Assembly (NCBI GenBank): GCA_007376395.1
Contig: VMGE01000005.1
Location: 2,821-66,820 of the forward strand
DNA from: Microgenomates group bacterium Gr01-1014_5
GTDB lineage: Bacteria; Patescibacteriota; Microgenomatia; UBA8517; UBA10165
Reading direction: 5' to 3'
DNA: 64,000 nt
Positions 1 to 11,173 of this stretch are shown here, piece by piece; position 1 is the first letter of the stretch; every line of letters begins with the position of its first letter. The notes under the pieces are model-generated. The model was given only the letters and a program-made list of their open reading frames with translations. It did no database searches and had not been told where the DNA came from. Both the position numbers and the translations under genes were made by a program.

Positions 1-516
1 AGCTAAAACTACCGTCAAAAGAATTCTGACCCCTAACTCAGCCATCATACTCAATACATACTTATCGAATTTCAGCAGGCCTTGTAAAATTGATCTTCCC
101 ACGGAAACTATTAGAGAGACGAAAAGTGCAGGACCTAGTAAATAAATTGCAGCAGGTTGAGTGATGTTTAAAAATTTAATAATTAGCGGAGATGCAACCA
201 GAGCCAAGATTCCGATAACTCCTCCTACTAAAATACTCCACCAACTAAACCACTTTATATAATTATTGACAGTATTCTCTTTTTTCTCGCTGGCAATAAA
301 CCTGATAATTGTCATGCCGATTGCCAAATGAATGATACCTATTTCTCCAATTATCGAGAGGATTGCTGCTAAATCACCGTAGTAAGCCTTTCCTAAAATC
401 CTCGCCGCCAGCAAGTGGTAAAAAAACTGACCTGCGTTAAAGATATTGAGGCCAATAAGCATTGTCATGCTACCTGTAAAAAATGGGTGTTTGGTAAAAT
501 TTATTAACTTATTCAT
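1..516 (-). CDS. Wzx/MOP-family polysaccharide flippase, partial (runs off window start)
   Basis: Manual translation from ATG 516: MNKLINFTKHPFFTGSMTMLIGLNIFNAGQFFYHLLAARILGKAYYGDLAAI, clearly paralogous to the N-terminus of 1315..2598. Confidence 0.85.
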   Translation of the reverse strand, partial: MNKLINFTKHPFFTGSMTMLIGLNIFNAGQFFYHLLAARILGKAYYGDLAAILSIIGEIGIIHLAIGMTIIRFIASEKKENTVNNYIKWFSWWSILVGGVIGILALVASPLIIKFLNITQPAAIYLLGPALFVSLIVSVGRSILQGLLKFDKYVLSMMAELGVRILLTVVLA

Positions 517-535
517 CTTCTCTATAAATAGGGGG

Positions 536-1339
536 TTAGCGAGTTGTTTTGAGCTTGTTTGTTGTCAAATCAATATCGGGATCTTTGAGCCAATTATTAC
601 GGTTAGCGTCATCATAATAACGAAGGATTTTTAATCGATAGAAAACTGCAATAGTGTCCCAGGCCATATCAAAGATAGTTTTCCATCGAATAGCACTAGT
701 AGTCTTGTCAAATGTTAGCTCGATCGGAGCCTCGTAAATCCTCCTAAATCCTAAATACCACGAAACGGCTAGCATTTCTATATCCATCGCATACTTTTTA
801 ACTAACAATCTTGGCAGTATTTTTTCCAAAACTTCTCTTTTGAATATCTTAATTCCGCTCTGGGTATCTTTTAAAGGAAGATCAAATAAAATTCTTACCA
901 TGAAGTGATATCCTATGCTGTATATTCGACGGCGCAGTGGGTAATTGACACGGGAAGCAGGATGACGCTTCGATCCAACAATAATATCTGCGTTATACCA
1001 CTCCAAGTGAGACATTAACACCATTATTCCTTTTGGACTGATGTCCATTCCCGCATCTAAAAATGAGACAAGGTCGCCACGGGACCTTACCATTCCAAAA
1101 CGGATAGCATAACCTTTTCCCATATTGTCCTTGTACCCATACACTTTTATTTTTTTAGATTTAAGCGTACTCGCCTCTTGAAAAGTTCTGTCCTTTTCTC
1201 CGTCTACAACACAAATTACTTCGTAATCATAATCTACCAACCCTTCCATAAGGGTTTCGTTTATGTTTTGCAAATCACGCTTAATTGTTTTTTCCTGTTT
1301 GTAAGCAGGAATTATTATAGAGATAAGTTTTTTACGCAT
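536..1339 (-). CDS. GT2 glycosyltransferase, polyprenol-phosphate sugar synthase-like
   Basis: ISIIIPAY, VVDG, GKGYA, FLDAGMD, IVGSKRH, DTQSGIKIF and AMDIEML motifs of DPM/DPG synthase-like GT2. Confidence 0.88.
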   Translation of the reverse strand: MRKKLISIIIPAYKQEKTIKRDLQNINETLMEGLVDYDYEVICVVDGEKDRTFQEASTLKSKKIKVYGYKDNMGKGYAIRFGMVRSRGDLVSFLDAGMDISPKGIMVLMSHLEWYNADIIVGSKRHPASRVNYPLRRRIYSIGYHFMVRILFDLPLKDTQSGIKIFKREVLEKILPRLLVKKYAMDIEMLAVSWYLGFRRIYEAPIELTFDKTTSAIRWKTIFDMAWDTIAVFYRLKILRYYDDANRNNWLKDPDIDLTTNKLKTTR

Positions 1340-2591
1340 TTCTTATTTACGGCAGCGTGGTACGGAAAGTATACAAGAAGGCAAATTACCAGTAAAGCTA
1401 CCGAAAGTATCGACATCTGGACTACTTGCAATAAATTATTATGAAAAAGCACAATTAAGGTGATTTGTAAAAAGGCTGCCGCGATAAAGTAACCAACAAC
1501 AAAGGTTTTTCCAATCGAGAGATAAAACTGAATAAAAAGCATCGCAAACGAAAGTAGTCCCATAAATAATCCAAACCACCAAAGCATAGATGACCCTTCA
1601 AGAAAGCCACTACCTAAAACAGAAAGGAAGACTTTGGGTGTTACTAGATAAAAAAGTATGATAATTCCGGCAATACCTGCCGTGAGAAGTAAACTAAGAT
1701 AAAAAATGCTGTGATACGACTCACCATGGGAGTGTCTCTTAGCAATCAAGGGAAACATTACGTGTGCAATAGGAAAGGCCGCGAAAAAGACAATACTCCC
1801 CAGTTTTGTTAAACCTGCGTATAAACCAGCAGTCTCAGGTGAAAAATAATGCTTTACTAAGAATAAATCCGTTGAATACATCGAAGTTAAAGCAATTCCT
1901 TGCAAAAAGGCTGGTATTGAATATTTAAATAAACTGTTTGAATTTGGAGAATGTGCCTTTTTGTTTAAGAAATATTTGCGTAACGGAAAAAGTCCAACCA
2001 AAAACGATAGTGCTACCGCAATAGACACCGCCAGCATGCCTCCTACAACAGCATATCCTGCAGTAAAAAATATCATTACTAAAATAAGTTTAACTCCAAC
2101 TTCAGATAACACGCCTACAACATACCAGCCGAACTTTAACATTCCTTGTAATATTGAGCGGGTAATACTAACAAGGGAGTAGAAAAAAATAACAGGAGCA
2201 AGATAATATGTGGCTTGAGACTGCGATAGATTTAAAAAGTCAGATATAAAGTTTGCTGAAACCAATATAAATATAGCTATTATCAACCCGAATACTGTGC
2301 TCCAATTTAGTGCCCATTTTACTAAACCGCTTACTTTTTTTTCATCTCTCTCAGACGCGATAAATTTAACAACGGTCAGACCTAAAGAAATTTGTACTAG
2401 TGCAAAAATTCCTAAAATATTCATTAAAACCGCCAAGTCTCCGTATTGCGCCTTTCCCAAAACTCGACCTGCGATAATGTGGAAAAGGAATTGACCGGCG
2501 TGGTAAACATTTGTTCCCAACAACATCAAGACACTCCCTGAAAAAAGGGGATTTGTAATTATTTTCTCTCTAATTAACACCACAGCTCTAT

Positions 2592-2598
<7 letters not shown>
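1315..2598 (-). CDS. Wzx/MOP-family oligosaccharide flippase
   Basis: 427 aa with about 12 hydrophobic segments; RVLGKAQYG and DLFLVKHYF...AGLYA patterns. Confidence 0.85.
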
Positions 2599-3609
<1,011 letters not shown>

Positions 3610-3617
<8 letters not shown>

Positions 3618-4497
3618 TTAAAAGTCTCCAGTATGCTCTCGGAAATCTTAAGGCAGAGAAAAAAGAAAAAACAACTCCTTGCCAACCGTCTAATATACCC
3701 TTGTGTCTAATCTGGGTCAGAAAAAACCAATTTAAAGGTTTAAGGACAAAATAATTAACAAGATTAGGCAGGTTCTTTTTTTCTTTGGTTTCTTTGAGCT
3801 CGTCACGGATCAGGTCGACGTATCTTGAGTTTCTTTGTAAATACCGAGCAAAAGTTGGAGAGTCAAGGTGTAATAAAGGGTTTTTTAACCAGCCAACTCG
3901 ACCATCAATCACGATTTGTTCATGAACGCTTTTTTGAGGGAAATGCGCCTTATCTCTTTTTACCAAACGTATGACGCCGTCTGGATAAACCCCGCCGTAT
4001 CTTAAAAATTTACCCAAAAAATAATTTAGCCTGGGAATGAAAAACCCAGCATATTCCCCACTTTCTGTGCCTATTTTTCCATCCCGCTCTTCAATTAAAT
4101 TTCTGTGTCTGGCGAACAAACCTTTCTCTGGTAAATTATTTTGATACTCATCTAGCTCTTCTTCAGTTAAGTTAAGTATATTGACAATCTCGTCGGCAAG
4201 TGCCGGTGTCACTCTTTCGTCAGCATCTAACTGTAAAACCCACTCGCTTCCTGCCACCCTTAAGGCTTTCTCTTTGTTAATATGAAAAATTGGCGGATTT
4301 GTAGTTTTTATAATTCTTGCTCCGTATGAAGCCGCTATTTCTCTTGTGTTATCTGTGGAAGAACCATCGACAACTACAATCTCGTGAGCGATATTTTTTA
4401 TAGACCCTAAACACTCTCTCAGGTTCCCTTCCTCGTTATATGTTGCCAAGACTACCGATAATTTTCTTCTATGTCCTGTGTGTTGTTGTACTACCAT
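3610..4497 (-). CDS. GT2 glycosyltransferase (WaaE/KdtX-like)
   Basis: LSVVLATYNEE, VVDGSSTD, LDADE, YPDGVIRL, VHEQ, GILDG. Confidence 0.88.
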
Positions 4498-6117
4498 TTA
4501 GTTTCCTACCACCTTAAAAGCAATTCTGCCGCTTGGAAAGTATATCGTTTTTAAGACGTTGGCTCCATCCGGTATTTCATTTGGAGCTCCTGCAACAATG
4601 GCGTTTGGAAACTCTGCCCTCTTTTGATCCCACGGGGAGAGACTAGTAAATCTATATTTGCCAAATGACCCAACTGTAGAAAAACCATACTGATCTTTCC
4701 CAGTTAATACGTGTTCTTGTTGAAAGTTGCGAGGCGGATATTTTAGATAAAAAAGAGTGAGTATGTAGGGCTGGTCATAGCGATCAGTAATGGCTACCTG
4801 CTGAAACTTATCATCGTTTTCTTTAACGTAAGATATTAACTCTTTAACTCCATATTGCGACGAATAATCGTAGGTCTTTGCTAAGTGCGTGTAATATTGG
4901 TGCAAATAACGGGTAAAATCCCAGACGTAAAAAGTAACAAGTAAGACGTAACAAGTAACACGTAGCTTTTTACTCTTAAACACTTTCCCCAACCACCCCA
5001 ATACCCCCAAGGCGCCATACGCGCTAATAAGAATCAATGGGACTACCATGTTTTGTGCCCGCAGGGCATGAGGGGATTGGAAAGTTAAGGCAGCAGCAGT
5101 TGGTGCGACTAGTAACCAAAGCAAGATTGGCCGCCAACTTCCAGTACTTTTTGCAATCGTTACGAGTCCGGCTACTAAAAAGATTAGATCCAACATGTAC
5201 ATTTGTCCAAAATCCGGCACTTTATTACGTTGAATTTCATCTCCTGATAAAAACAAAAATTCTCCCCAATAATGTTCTGTATAATTTTTCGCAAATGCTA
5301 AACCATAATTTACCAACTTATTGTGGAATACTTTTGTCAAAAGACTGTTTATATCCCCGTGCTCTCCTCTCTGCTCGTTTATCTGCCAAAATGGACCTGT
5401 GTCGGCAAACAGACCAACCCCAGCAGCTCGGGAAACCCCGGCAGGACCAAGAATTTCTAAAAGTAACGGTATAACAACCAGAAGCGAGATCACACCTGGC
5501 AATACCAGTTGCCCAATTTGTTTCTTAATCTTTTTCCATTCAATTATTAATAATCCTAGTATTAACAAAGGCACAACTACTCTTGCCGCGTGATAAGTAT
5601 AGAGGGAGCATACAAAAGCTAAACCGGAAACAAAATACCACTTTTTTCCGCCTTTCAGAAACGCAAACAGACCAAGGGTAATAAAGAATGTCCCGGCATT
5701 AACCTCCCATCCTCCTCTGGAAAAATGTATATGCCAAGGACTTATTGCCAAAAATAGAGCTGATAGTTCGGCAAAACCTTTTTTCTGGGGTAACAACCTC
5801 TTTGCTAAACACCAAACCAAGATGACAGTCCCTACGCCAAGTAAAACCCCGGGTAACCTGACCGCAAGCTCAGTTAATCCAAAAACAGTCACAAAAGGTA
5901 ATACCAGATAAAAATAAAGGCCAGGTTTGAAGTCATTAAAAGATTGAAAATGTATTGGCCAAGGGTTTCCGTGTTCGTCTTTCCCTGTCTCCAATAGAGA
6001 ATAGGCATTATAACCAATTGCCGCTTCGTCAGCGTTAAGAGCAGGCAAAGAAGTAATACTGTAAAGCCTGAGGGCTATAGCAAGAAGAACAATTATCCCA
6101 AAAAATAATTTTTGCAT
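4498..6117 (-). CDS. GT-C fold membrane glycosyltransferase (ArnT/PMT-like)
   Basis: ADEAAIGYNAYSLLETGKDEHG, AVRLP and SPWHIHFSR motifs; many TM segments; soluble C-terminal domain. Confidence 0.85.
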   Translation of the reverse strand: MQKLFFGIIVLLAIALRLYSITSLPALNADEAAIGYNAYSLLETGKDEHGNPWPIHFQSFNDFKPGLYFYLVLPFVTVFGLTELAVRLPGVLLGVGTVILVWCLAKRLLPQKKGFAELSALFLAISPWHIHFSRGGWEVNAGTFFITLGLFAFLKGGKKWYFVSGLAFVCSLYTYHAARVVVPLLILGLLIIEWKKIKKQIGQLVLPGVISLLVVIPLLLEILGPAGVSRAAGVGLFADTGPFWQINEQRGEHGDINSLLTKVFHNKLVNYGLAFAKNYTEHYWGEFLFLSGDEIQRNKVPDFGQMYMLDLIFLVAGLVTIAKSTGSWRPILLWLLVAPTAAALTFQSPHALRAQNMVVPLILISAYGALGVLGWLGKVFKSKKLRVTCYVLLVTFYVWDFTRYLHQYYTHLAKTYDYSSQYGVKELISYVKENDDKFQQVAITDRYDQPYILTLFYLKYPPRNFQQEHVLTGKDQYGFSTVGSFGKYRFTSLSPWDQKRAEFPNAIVAGAPNEIPDGANVLKTIYFPSGRIAFKVVGN

Positions 6118-7817
6118 TTTATTTTTGCTAGGCGAATACCGTGGAATTTATTCCACGGATGAAGCCAGCGGAAACAAACTTTTCTCTGAAAAGAGAATAC
6201 CGAGGGTTTTAACCCAAATTCTTTCTCGTTGCTTGAATCCTGCGGGGGAATTTTTATCAGATCCGCAACAAACAACATTCCAGATTTCCCTCTATCCTCC
6301 CTCCAGCTTATTTCTCGGAACTGGATATTTTCAAACCCAGAGACAAGCCCAACGTCGCCGTATTGGCTTGGCAAGAAAACATCTTCTGACAGCGCTTGGT
6401 ATTTTCCCGGGTCATACTGGTTATAAAAAAGAAAGAAAATATAGGGCTGGGCATAACTCTGTTGGATAACGATGTTCGTGTACTTGGTTTGCAGGGGCTT
6501 CAATTTTTCCACTAATTGTTTGTACCCATAATGCCAATACTCTGAATATTTTTTTGGTGCGTGTACCCAATACTGATCAAGATAATAGCCAAAACTAAAT
6601 AGATATAAAACACCCAATCCCAGCCATAAACCCTTTTGCCATATACACTTTGCCTGCAAATTTTGTAATAAATAATTACCACCTAAGGCCAATATAAAAA
6701 CTAGTGGAATTACCATATTTAACGAGCGCACAGCATGAATTGAATCTCTTGAAAGAGCCGCGGGCAAAGGGGCAAATAAAAGCCATAAAATCACAAATAT
6801 CCCCACTCTCCGGTTTTTTAAGCGCGTCAGAGCAACAAGTCCAAACAGCAAAACTAACGCGTCGGCAAATAACATAACACCTGTTTCCGACACTCTGTGT
6901 CTAGGACTACTCCAATCTCCTTCAAAAAATAGAAAGCGGCCAGAATAATGATTCATCCAGCGTCCTGCAATGCCCCGCAGAAAGTTGAGTGGTTCCGAGT
7001 GATAAAGAGCATATTGTAAAGAATCTTTAGTTATATTTTCTTGTTTGAGAATATCCTGTATATATTCTTCAGATCTCGGGTACGAAAAAACACTGTAGAC
7101 CTCAAGCCTTCCCGCCTTCCCTGACAAAAGGCTGAAAAAGACAGGTAAAGCGATAAGCATCCCTATTAAAAATCCTATTACTATATTTCTTCTCGGCAAA
7201 GAAAGAGCTTCTTTTCTAAAAGTTAACAAAAGTAGCATTACGACTATAAATGAAGATAGTTTTGCACCCTGATAAGCCCAAAGAGTTAGGGCAAAAAATA
7301 AAGCCGAGAGGTAAATATATTTCGGTTTTTTGGAGACCGCTTGTATGAAAAAGTAGACACCAAAAAGCAAAAGGGTTAAAGAAAAATTTGCTTCCCAAGC
7401 GCTGCGGGAAAATTGCAGATGCCATGGAGAAATAGTTAAAAATACCGCACTTAAAAGTGCTACTCTTCTTGAGAAAAGATTTTTACCGATTAAATAAACC
7501 AGTAAAACTGCCACGATTCCAGCAACCGCAGAAGCCGCGCGGGTTGAAAATTCGTTTAGACCCAATGTAGCCACAAATGGCACAGTCGCGTAGATATACA
7601 AACCGGGTTTCCAGTCTCCAAATGATTTAAAGATAATCGGTAAAAACTCGCCGTGTTCATCTCTTGCCGTTTTGAGTATTGAGTACGCATTGTAACCCAA
7701 AGCTGCTTCATCGTTAGTTAAATGAGGCGGGTTTGTGCCCAATCCCCAAAGTCTGAGAATCGTCGCTAGCGCGAGAATTAATAATAGTAATTTATGCTTG
7801 CTAATTATTTGCAACAT
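6093..7817 (-). CDS. GT-C fold membrane glycosyltransferase; C-terminus replaced by inserted element sequence
   Basis: NDEAALGYNAYSILKTARDEHG, SPWHLQFSR; the last about 40 codons are read through the 6123-6215 element instead of the paralog tail IxY/FPxGxxAF. Confidence 0.85.
   Translation of the reverse strand: MLQIISKHKLLLLILALATILRLWGLGTNPPHLTNDEAALGYNAYSILKTARDEHGEFLPIIFKSFGDWKPGLYIYATVPFVATLGLNEFSTRAASAVAGIVAVLLVYLIGKNLFSRRVALLSAVFLTISPWHLQFSRSAWEANFSLTLLLFGVYFFIQAVSKKPKYIYLSALFFALTLWAYQGAKLSSFIVVMLLLLTFRKEALSLPRRNIVIGFLIGMLIALPVFFSLLSGKAGRLEVYSVFSYPRSEEYIQDILKQENITKDSLQYALYHSEPLNFLRGIAGRWMNHYSGRFLFFEGDWSSPRHRVSETGVMLFADALVLLFGLVALTRLKNRRVGIFVILWLLFAPLPAALSRDSIHAVRSLNMVIPLVFILALGGNYLLQNLQAKCIWQKGLWLGLGVLYLFSFGYYLDQYWVHAPKKYSEYWHYGYKQLVEKLKPLQTKYTNIVIQQSYAQPYIFFLFYNQYDPGKYQALSEDVFLPSQYGDVGLVSGFENIQFREISWREDRGKSGMLFVADLIKIPPQDSSNEKEFGLKPSVFSFQRKVCFRWLHPWNKFHGIRLAKIKCKNYFLG
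6123..6215 (+). mobile_element. Non-autonomous IS200/IS605-type palindromic element (PATE-like), family A copy 1; left end intact, right end truncated
   Basis: Follows TTAT (6119-6122); AATA precedes hairpin CCGTGGAAT-TT-ATTCCACGG; 6130-6215 is identical (86 bp) to the reverse complement of 14573-14658. Confidence 0.8.
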
Positions 7818-9468
7818 CGTTTTCTAATATATCAAATGCCGGTTTGTTATCCAAAAATTTGATTGTTTTAAGTTTTTTCCATCCTGGAGGATATGTATTT
7901 GGGCTGGTGATTAACAACGTTTTAGAAGAAATATCGATTGGCTTATCTCGCTCAGTCTTCCAGCCTATATTTTCGTTCTTGGGTATTTCCCAATCGTTAA
8001 CAAAAATAAATTTATCAAAACCGTCAACCCAAAACCAACCTGATTGGGCATATCTTTCAAGTTTTTGATCATTCCTATATTTATCCGGATCCCAAGGCCA
8101 GTAAAAAAGGAAAAACTCATGGGGCTCGCCATATTTTTTAGTCACAATAATTTGATCATACTTATCGTAGTTGGTCTTAGTGTAATCTACGGCTTCTTTA
8201 TACCCATACTGCCAAGTCCACGAGTAGTTTTTTGTATAAGAACCAAAATAATTAACCATATAGAATCCTAATGAGACGACTAAAATTACTAAATAAATTC
8301 CACTGACATATTTTTTTATTGACTGAGAAAACTTAACTTGGGCGATAAACTTCCACAATCCGAATGCGGTGATGATTAAGGGTACCGGCAAAAACGTGAT
8401 CGACCTTAAAACGTGAGGTGCCTCTCGAGTCAACGCTGCGGGAATAGGTGCAAGCAACAGCCAGCCTAACATAAAAAAACCTGTTTTAGTTCTTCCTTTT
8501 AACAGTAATAGCACCCCTAAATAGAAAAATGGGATATTAACTAGATACAGCAGGCTTGTTCCAGGAATACTAAATTGGTAATGTGTCCCGCCGTTAATAA
8601 ACAAAAATTGTGGAGTTAAGTGAGCCAGGTAATTTTTGGCAAAGTTGAAGCCAAAATAAGTAGCTTTATTGTAAAGAATTCTAGAAACAAATGGATCAAG
8701 ATCACTGCTGTTTCTTAAGTTCTCTATCTGATTTATCGCTCCTTCGTCGAGAATAGCGACAAGGCTGTAACGCGCCTGCCCCTCTGGATTTACCATTTGC
8801 CAAACTACTCCACTCAAAAGGAGGAAGAAAATTACAATCGCAGGAAGATGTTTTTTAAGTTGTTCTGTTCGCAAGCTATCCCGATATGCAAAACAAAGAC
8901 AAATTGCAAAGAGAGGAACAAAAACCCGATATGAGTTGTATGTCCACATCGAAAAGCCCAAAAATAACGCTGCTAAGATGAAATTTGCCCTTGGAGGCTG
9001 AAAAAGAAAATAGGCTCCTGCAGTAAACAAAGCCAAGGCCAAGTTAGCTTCTAAACCTGCCCGAGAGAGAAACAACGACCAGGGTACAACAGCAACCAGA
9101 AATGCCGATACTAAACCAACTTGTTTAGTAAATAAGCGGTTGGCCAAAAGGTAAGTAAAAATAACAGTCAAGACGCCGGCAAATGCCGATGGTAGTCTTA
9201 CCGCAAACTCGTTTAAGCCAAAGAATGCTTCTGAAATAGAAGTAAGATAAGTATAAACAGGCAGTTTGTAATCTCCGTAGGCTCTAAAAATCATCGGCCA
9301 GGATACGCCCCATTCATCTTTTCCGGTTTTTAATATTGAATACGCGTTATACCCATGGGAGATTTCGTCCCAATTTAGAGCAGGAGGCACCGCTGAAATT
9401 TGAAAAAAACGCAAAAATGCTGCTAAGAGAACAATCCCTACAAGTAAAAATTTATAATGTTTGAGCAT
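7801..9468 (-). CDS. GT-C fold membrane glycosyltransferase (ArnT/PMT-like)
   Basis: WDEISHGYNAYSILKTGKDEWG, AVRLPS, polytopic. Confidence 0.85.
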   Translation of the reverse strand: MLKHYKFLLVGIVLLAAFLRFFQISAVPPALNWDEISHGYNAYSILKTGKDEWGVSWPMIFRAYGDYKLPVYTYLTSISEAFFGLNEFAVRLPSAFAGVLTVIFTYLLANRLFTKQVGLVSAFLVAVVPWSLFLSRAGLEANLALALFTAGAYFLFQPPRANFILAALFLGFSMWTYNSYRVFVPLFAICLCFAYRDSLRTEQLKKHLPAIVIFFLLLSGVVWQMVNPEGQARYSLVAILDEGAINQIENLRNSSDLDPFVSRILYNKATYFGFNFAKNYLAHLTPQFLFINGGTHYQFSIPGTSLLYLVNIPFFYLGVLLLLKGRTKTGFFMLGWLLLAPIPAALTREAPHVLRSITFLPVPLIITAFGLWKFIAQVKFSQSIKKYVSGIYLVILVVSLGFYMVNYFGSYTKNYSWTWQYGYKEAVDYTKTNYDKYDQIIVTKKYGEPHEFFLFYWPWDPDKYRNDQKLERYAQSGWFWVDGFDKFIFVNDWEIPKNENIGWKTERDKPIDISSKTLLITSPNTYPPGWKKLKTIKFLDNKPAFDILENDVANN

Positions 9469-11149
9469 ATGTGGCTTTTGAAGGATCGACTATTAAGACT
9501 GCCGGTTTGCCTCCAGGATAATAAACAGTTTTTTGCGCAACGATATTTTGCGGAAAATCTTGCGGTTGTCCAACAAATAATACAGAGTCCAAACTAGATT
9601 CTAGTTTATAGTCGAAAGTTTTGAACACATATTTGCCCAATTTATATTCTCCGAGCTGATCGACAAATAATTTTCCTTCTGCCTCGTACCGTAACCAATC
9701 GCGGGAGGCATCCTGTACAACTTTTGGATCTAATTGATTATAAAAGGCTACGTAGATCTGGGGTTCGGAAAATCTCTTGCTAACAACTATTTGACTATAT
9801 TCCCCTTCTGTACTTTTAAGATACTCTACTGCCTGTCTCCATCCATAACTCATAAAACGGGAGTTTTGCACAGGAGCGTGATAGAAGTAACTTTCCAAGA
9901 AAAACACTAATGAAACTAATAGAGCGACAACGAAACAATTCAATAATTTTTGTGCTTTAATATTCCTGTATTTAGATATCAAACTAAGACAGGCGAGTGT
10001 ACCAACCGCTGAGATTATTTGAATTGCCGGCATGGCAAGAGCAGCTCTATTGGCAGCATACCCCGGACCCTTAGCTAACGCCGCAGGAATAAACGAGATT
10101 AAAAGCCAAAAGATTATTAGTTTTCCTGCAAAGCCTGTACCGGGTTTGGTGAAAATTATCAAACCCGCAATAAACATCGGTAATTCAATCAAATAAAGTA
10201 GGCCAATTCCTGGTGAAAGCCCATAAGTAGATTCACCCGCTCCGTTGGTAAAAAGGAATTGAGGTGAAAGATAAGAAAGATAATTATTAATAAATTGACC
10301 TAGGGTATAACTGACTTTATTCGAGAACAACCTCGCCAACTCATCTTGCAACCCTTGCAGCACAGCTTCATAACGCCTGTCGGCAACAGCCCCCCAACCC
10401 CCGGTAGGACTAAAGATTGCGACGTCGGCTACCCTTGTGTTTCCACCTAAAAAGCTTGTGGAAAGAGCTGTAAATAAAAACAAAACAAATACTGCAACGG
10501 CTAATGTATATTTTTTAACAAAGCCAATCCACTGATCTCTTGGTATTTTCCAAATAACTAAAAAGAAAAGCAATACTGGGGCAATTACTCTTGCTGAATA
10601 ATAGGAAAACAGGCTCAGACCAAACAGCAACCCTGAAAAAAGCATATATTTTTTTGCTTCTAGCCCCCTTAAAAAAGCCCAAATACCCAGAGGTAAGAGC
10701 AAGGTCGGCAAATTGGGTTCAAAAGCCCCCCTTGAGAGCGAGATGTGCCAGGGAGAGATAGCAAGAAGAAAAGCTGAAAGTAAGGCCAGTTTTTTACTAT
10801 CAAACACATTCTGCTTGGCAAACAGCTCAATTGTCACTAAATAAACTACCAATACAGCCAAAGAGCCAAAAATTACAGCAGGAAAACGTACGGAGAATTC
10901 GTTTAAGCCAAAAATAGCTACGCTTGGTACAGTTAAATAGGTATATAAAGGAGCCCTGTAATCCCCGTATGAACGCGGAGCAAGAGGAAACGCCTGTCCC
11001 CACTCATCCTTGCCGGTTTTAAGCAATGAATAGGCCGTATAACCTTGTCCTGCCTCGTCAGGACTAAAACCAGCCGGATAATCCGTAATCTGGTAAACGC
11101 GAAGCAAAAAAGCTAAAATCAGAATACTCCACAAGATCATTTTTTGCAT
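9452..11149 (-). CDS. GT-C fold membrane glycosyltransferase (ArnT/PMT-like)
   Basis: PDEAGQGYTAYSLLKTGKDEWG, SPWHISLSR; ATG 11149 chosen because TATAAT lies 6 nt upstream. Confidence 0.85.
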   Translation of the reverse strand: MQKMILWSILILAFLLRVYQITDYPAGFSPDEAGQGYTAYSLLKTGKDEWGQAFPLAPRSYGDYRAPLYTYLTVPSVAIFGLNEFSVRFPAVIFGSLAVLVVYLVTIELFAKQNVFDSKKLALLSAFLLAISPWHISLSRGAFEPNLPTLLLPLGIWAFLRGLEAKKYMLFSGLLFGLSLFSYYSARVIAPVLLFFLVIWKIPRDQWIGFVKKYTLAVAVFVLFLFTALSTSFLGGNTRVADVAIFSPTGGWGAVADRRYEAVLQGLQDELARLFSNKVSYTLGQFINNYLSYLSPQFLFTNGAGESTYGLSPGIGLLYLIELPMFIAGLIIFTKPGTGFAGKLIIFWLLISFIPAALAKGPGYAANRAALAMPAIQIISAVGTLACLSLISKYRNIKAQKLLNCFVVALLVSLVFFLESYFYHAPVQNSRFMSYGWRQAVEYLKSTEGEYSQIVVSKRFSEPQIYVAFYNQLDPKVVQDASRDWLRYEAEGKLFVDQLGEYKLGKYVFKTFDYKLESSLDSVLFVGQPQDFPQNIVAQKTVYYPGGKPAVLIVDPSKATYAQTL

Positions 11150-11173
11150 ACTCAAATTATAACCTAAATTAGG

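Noticed and set aside
6125-6469. Plus-strand 114-aa ORF sharing a peptide with 14103..15524
   Set aside because: The shared peptide is just the inserted element; the rest is antisense to a GT-C gene
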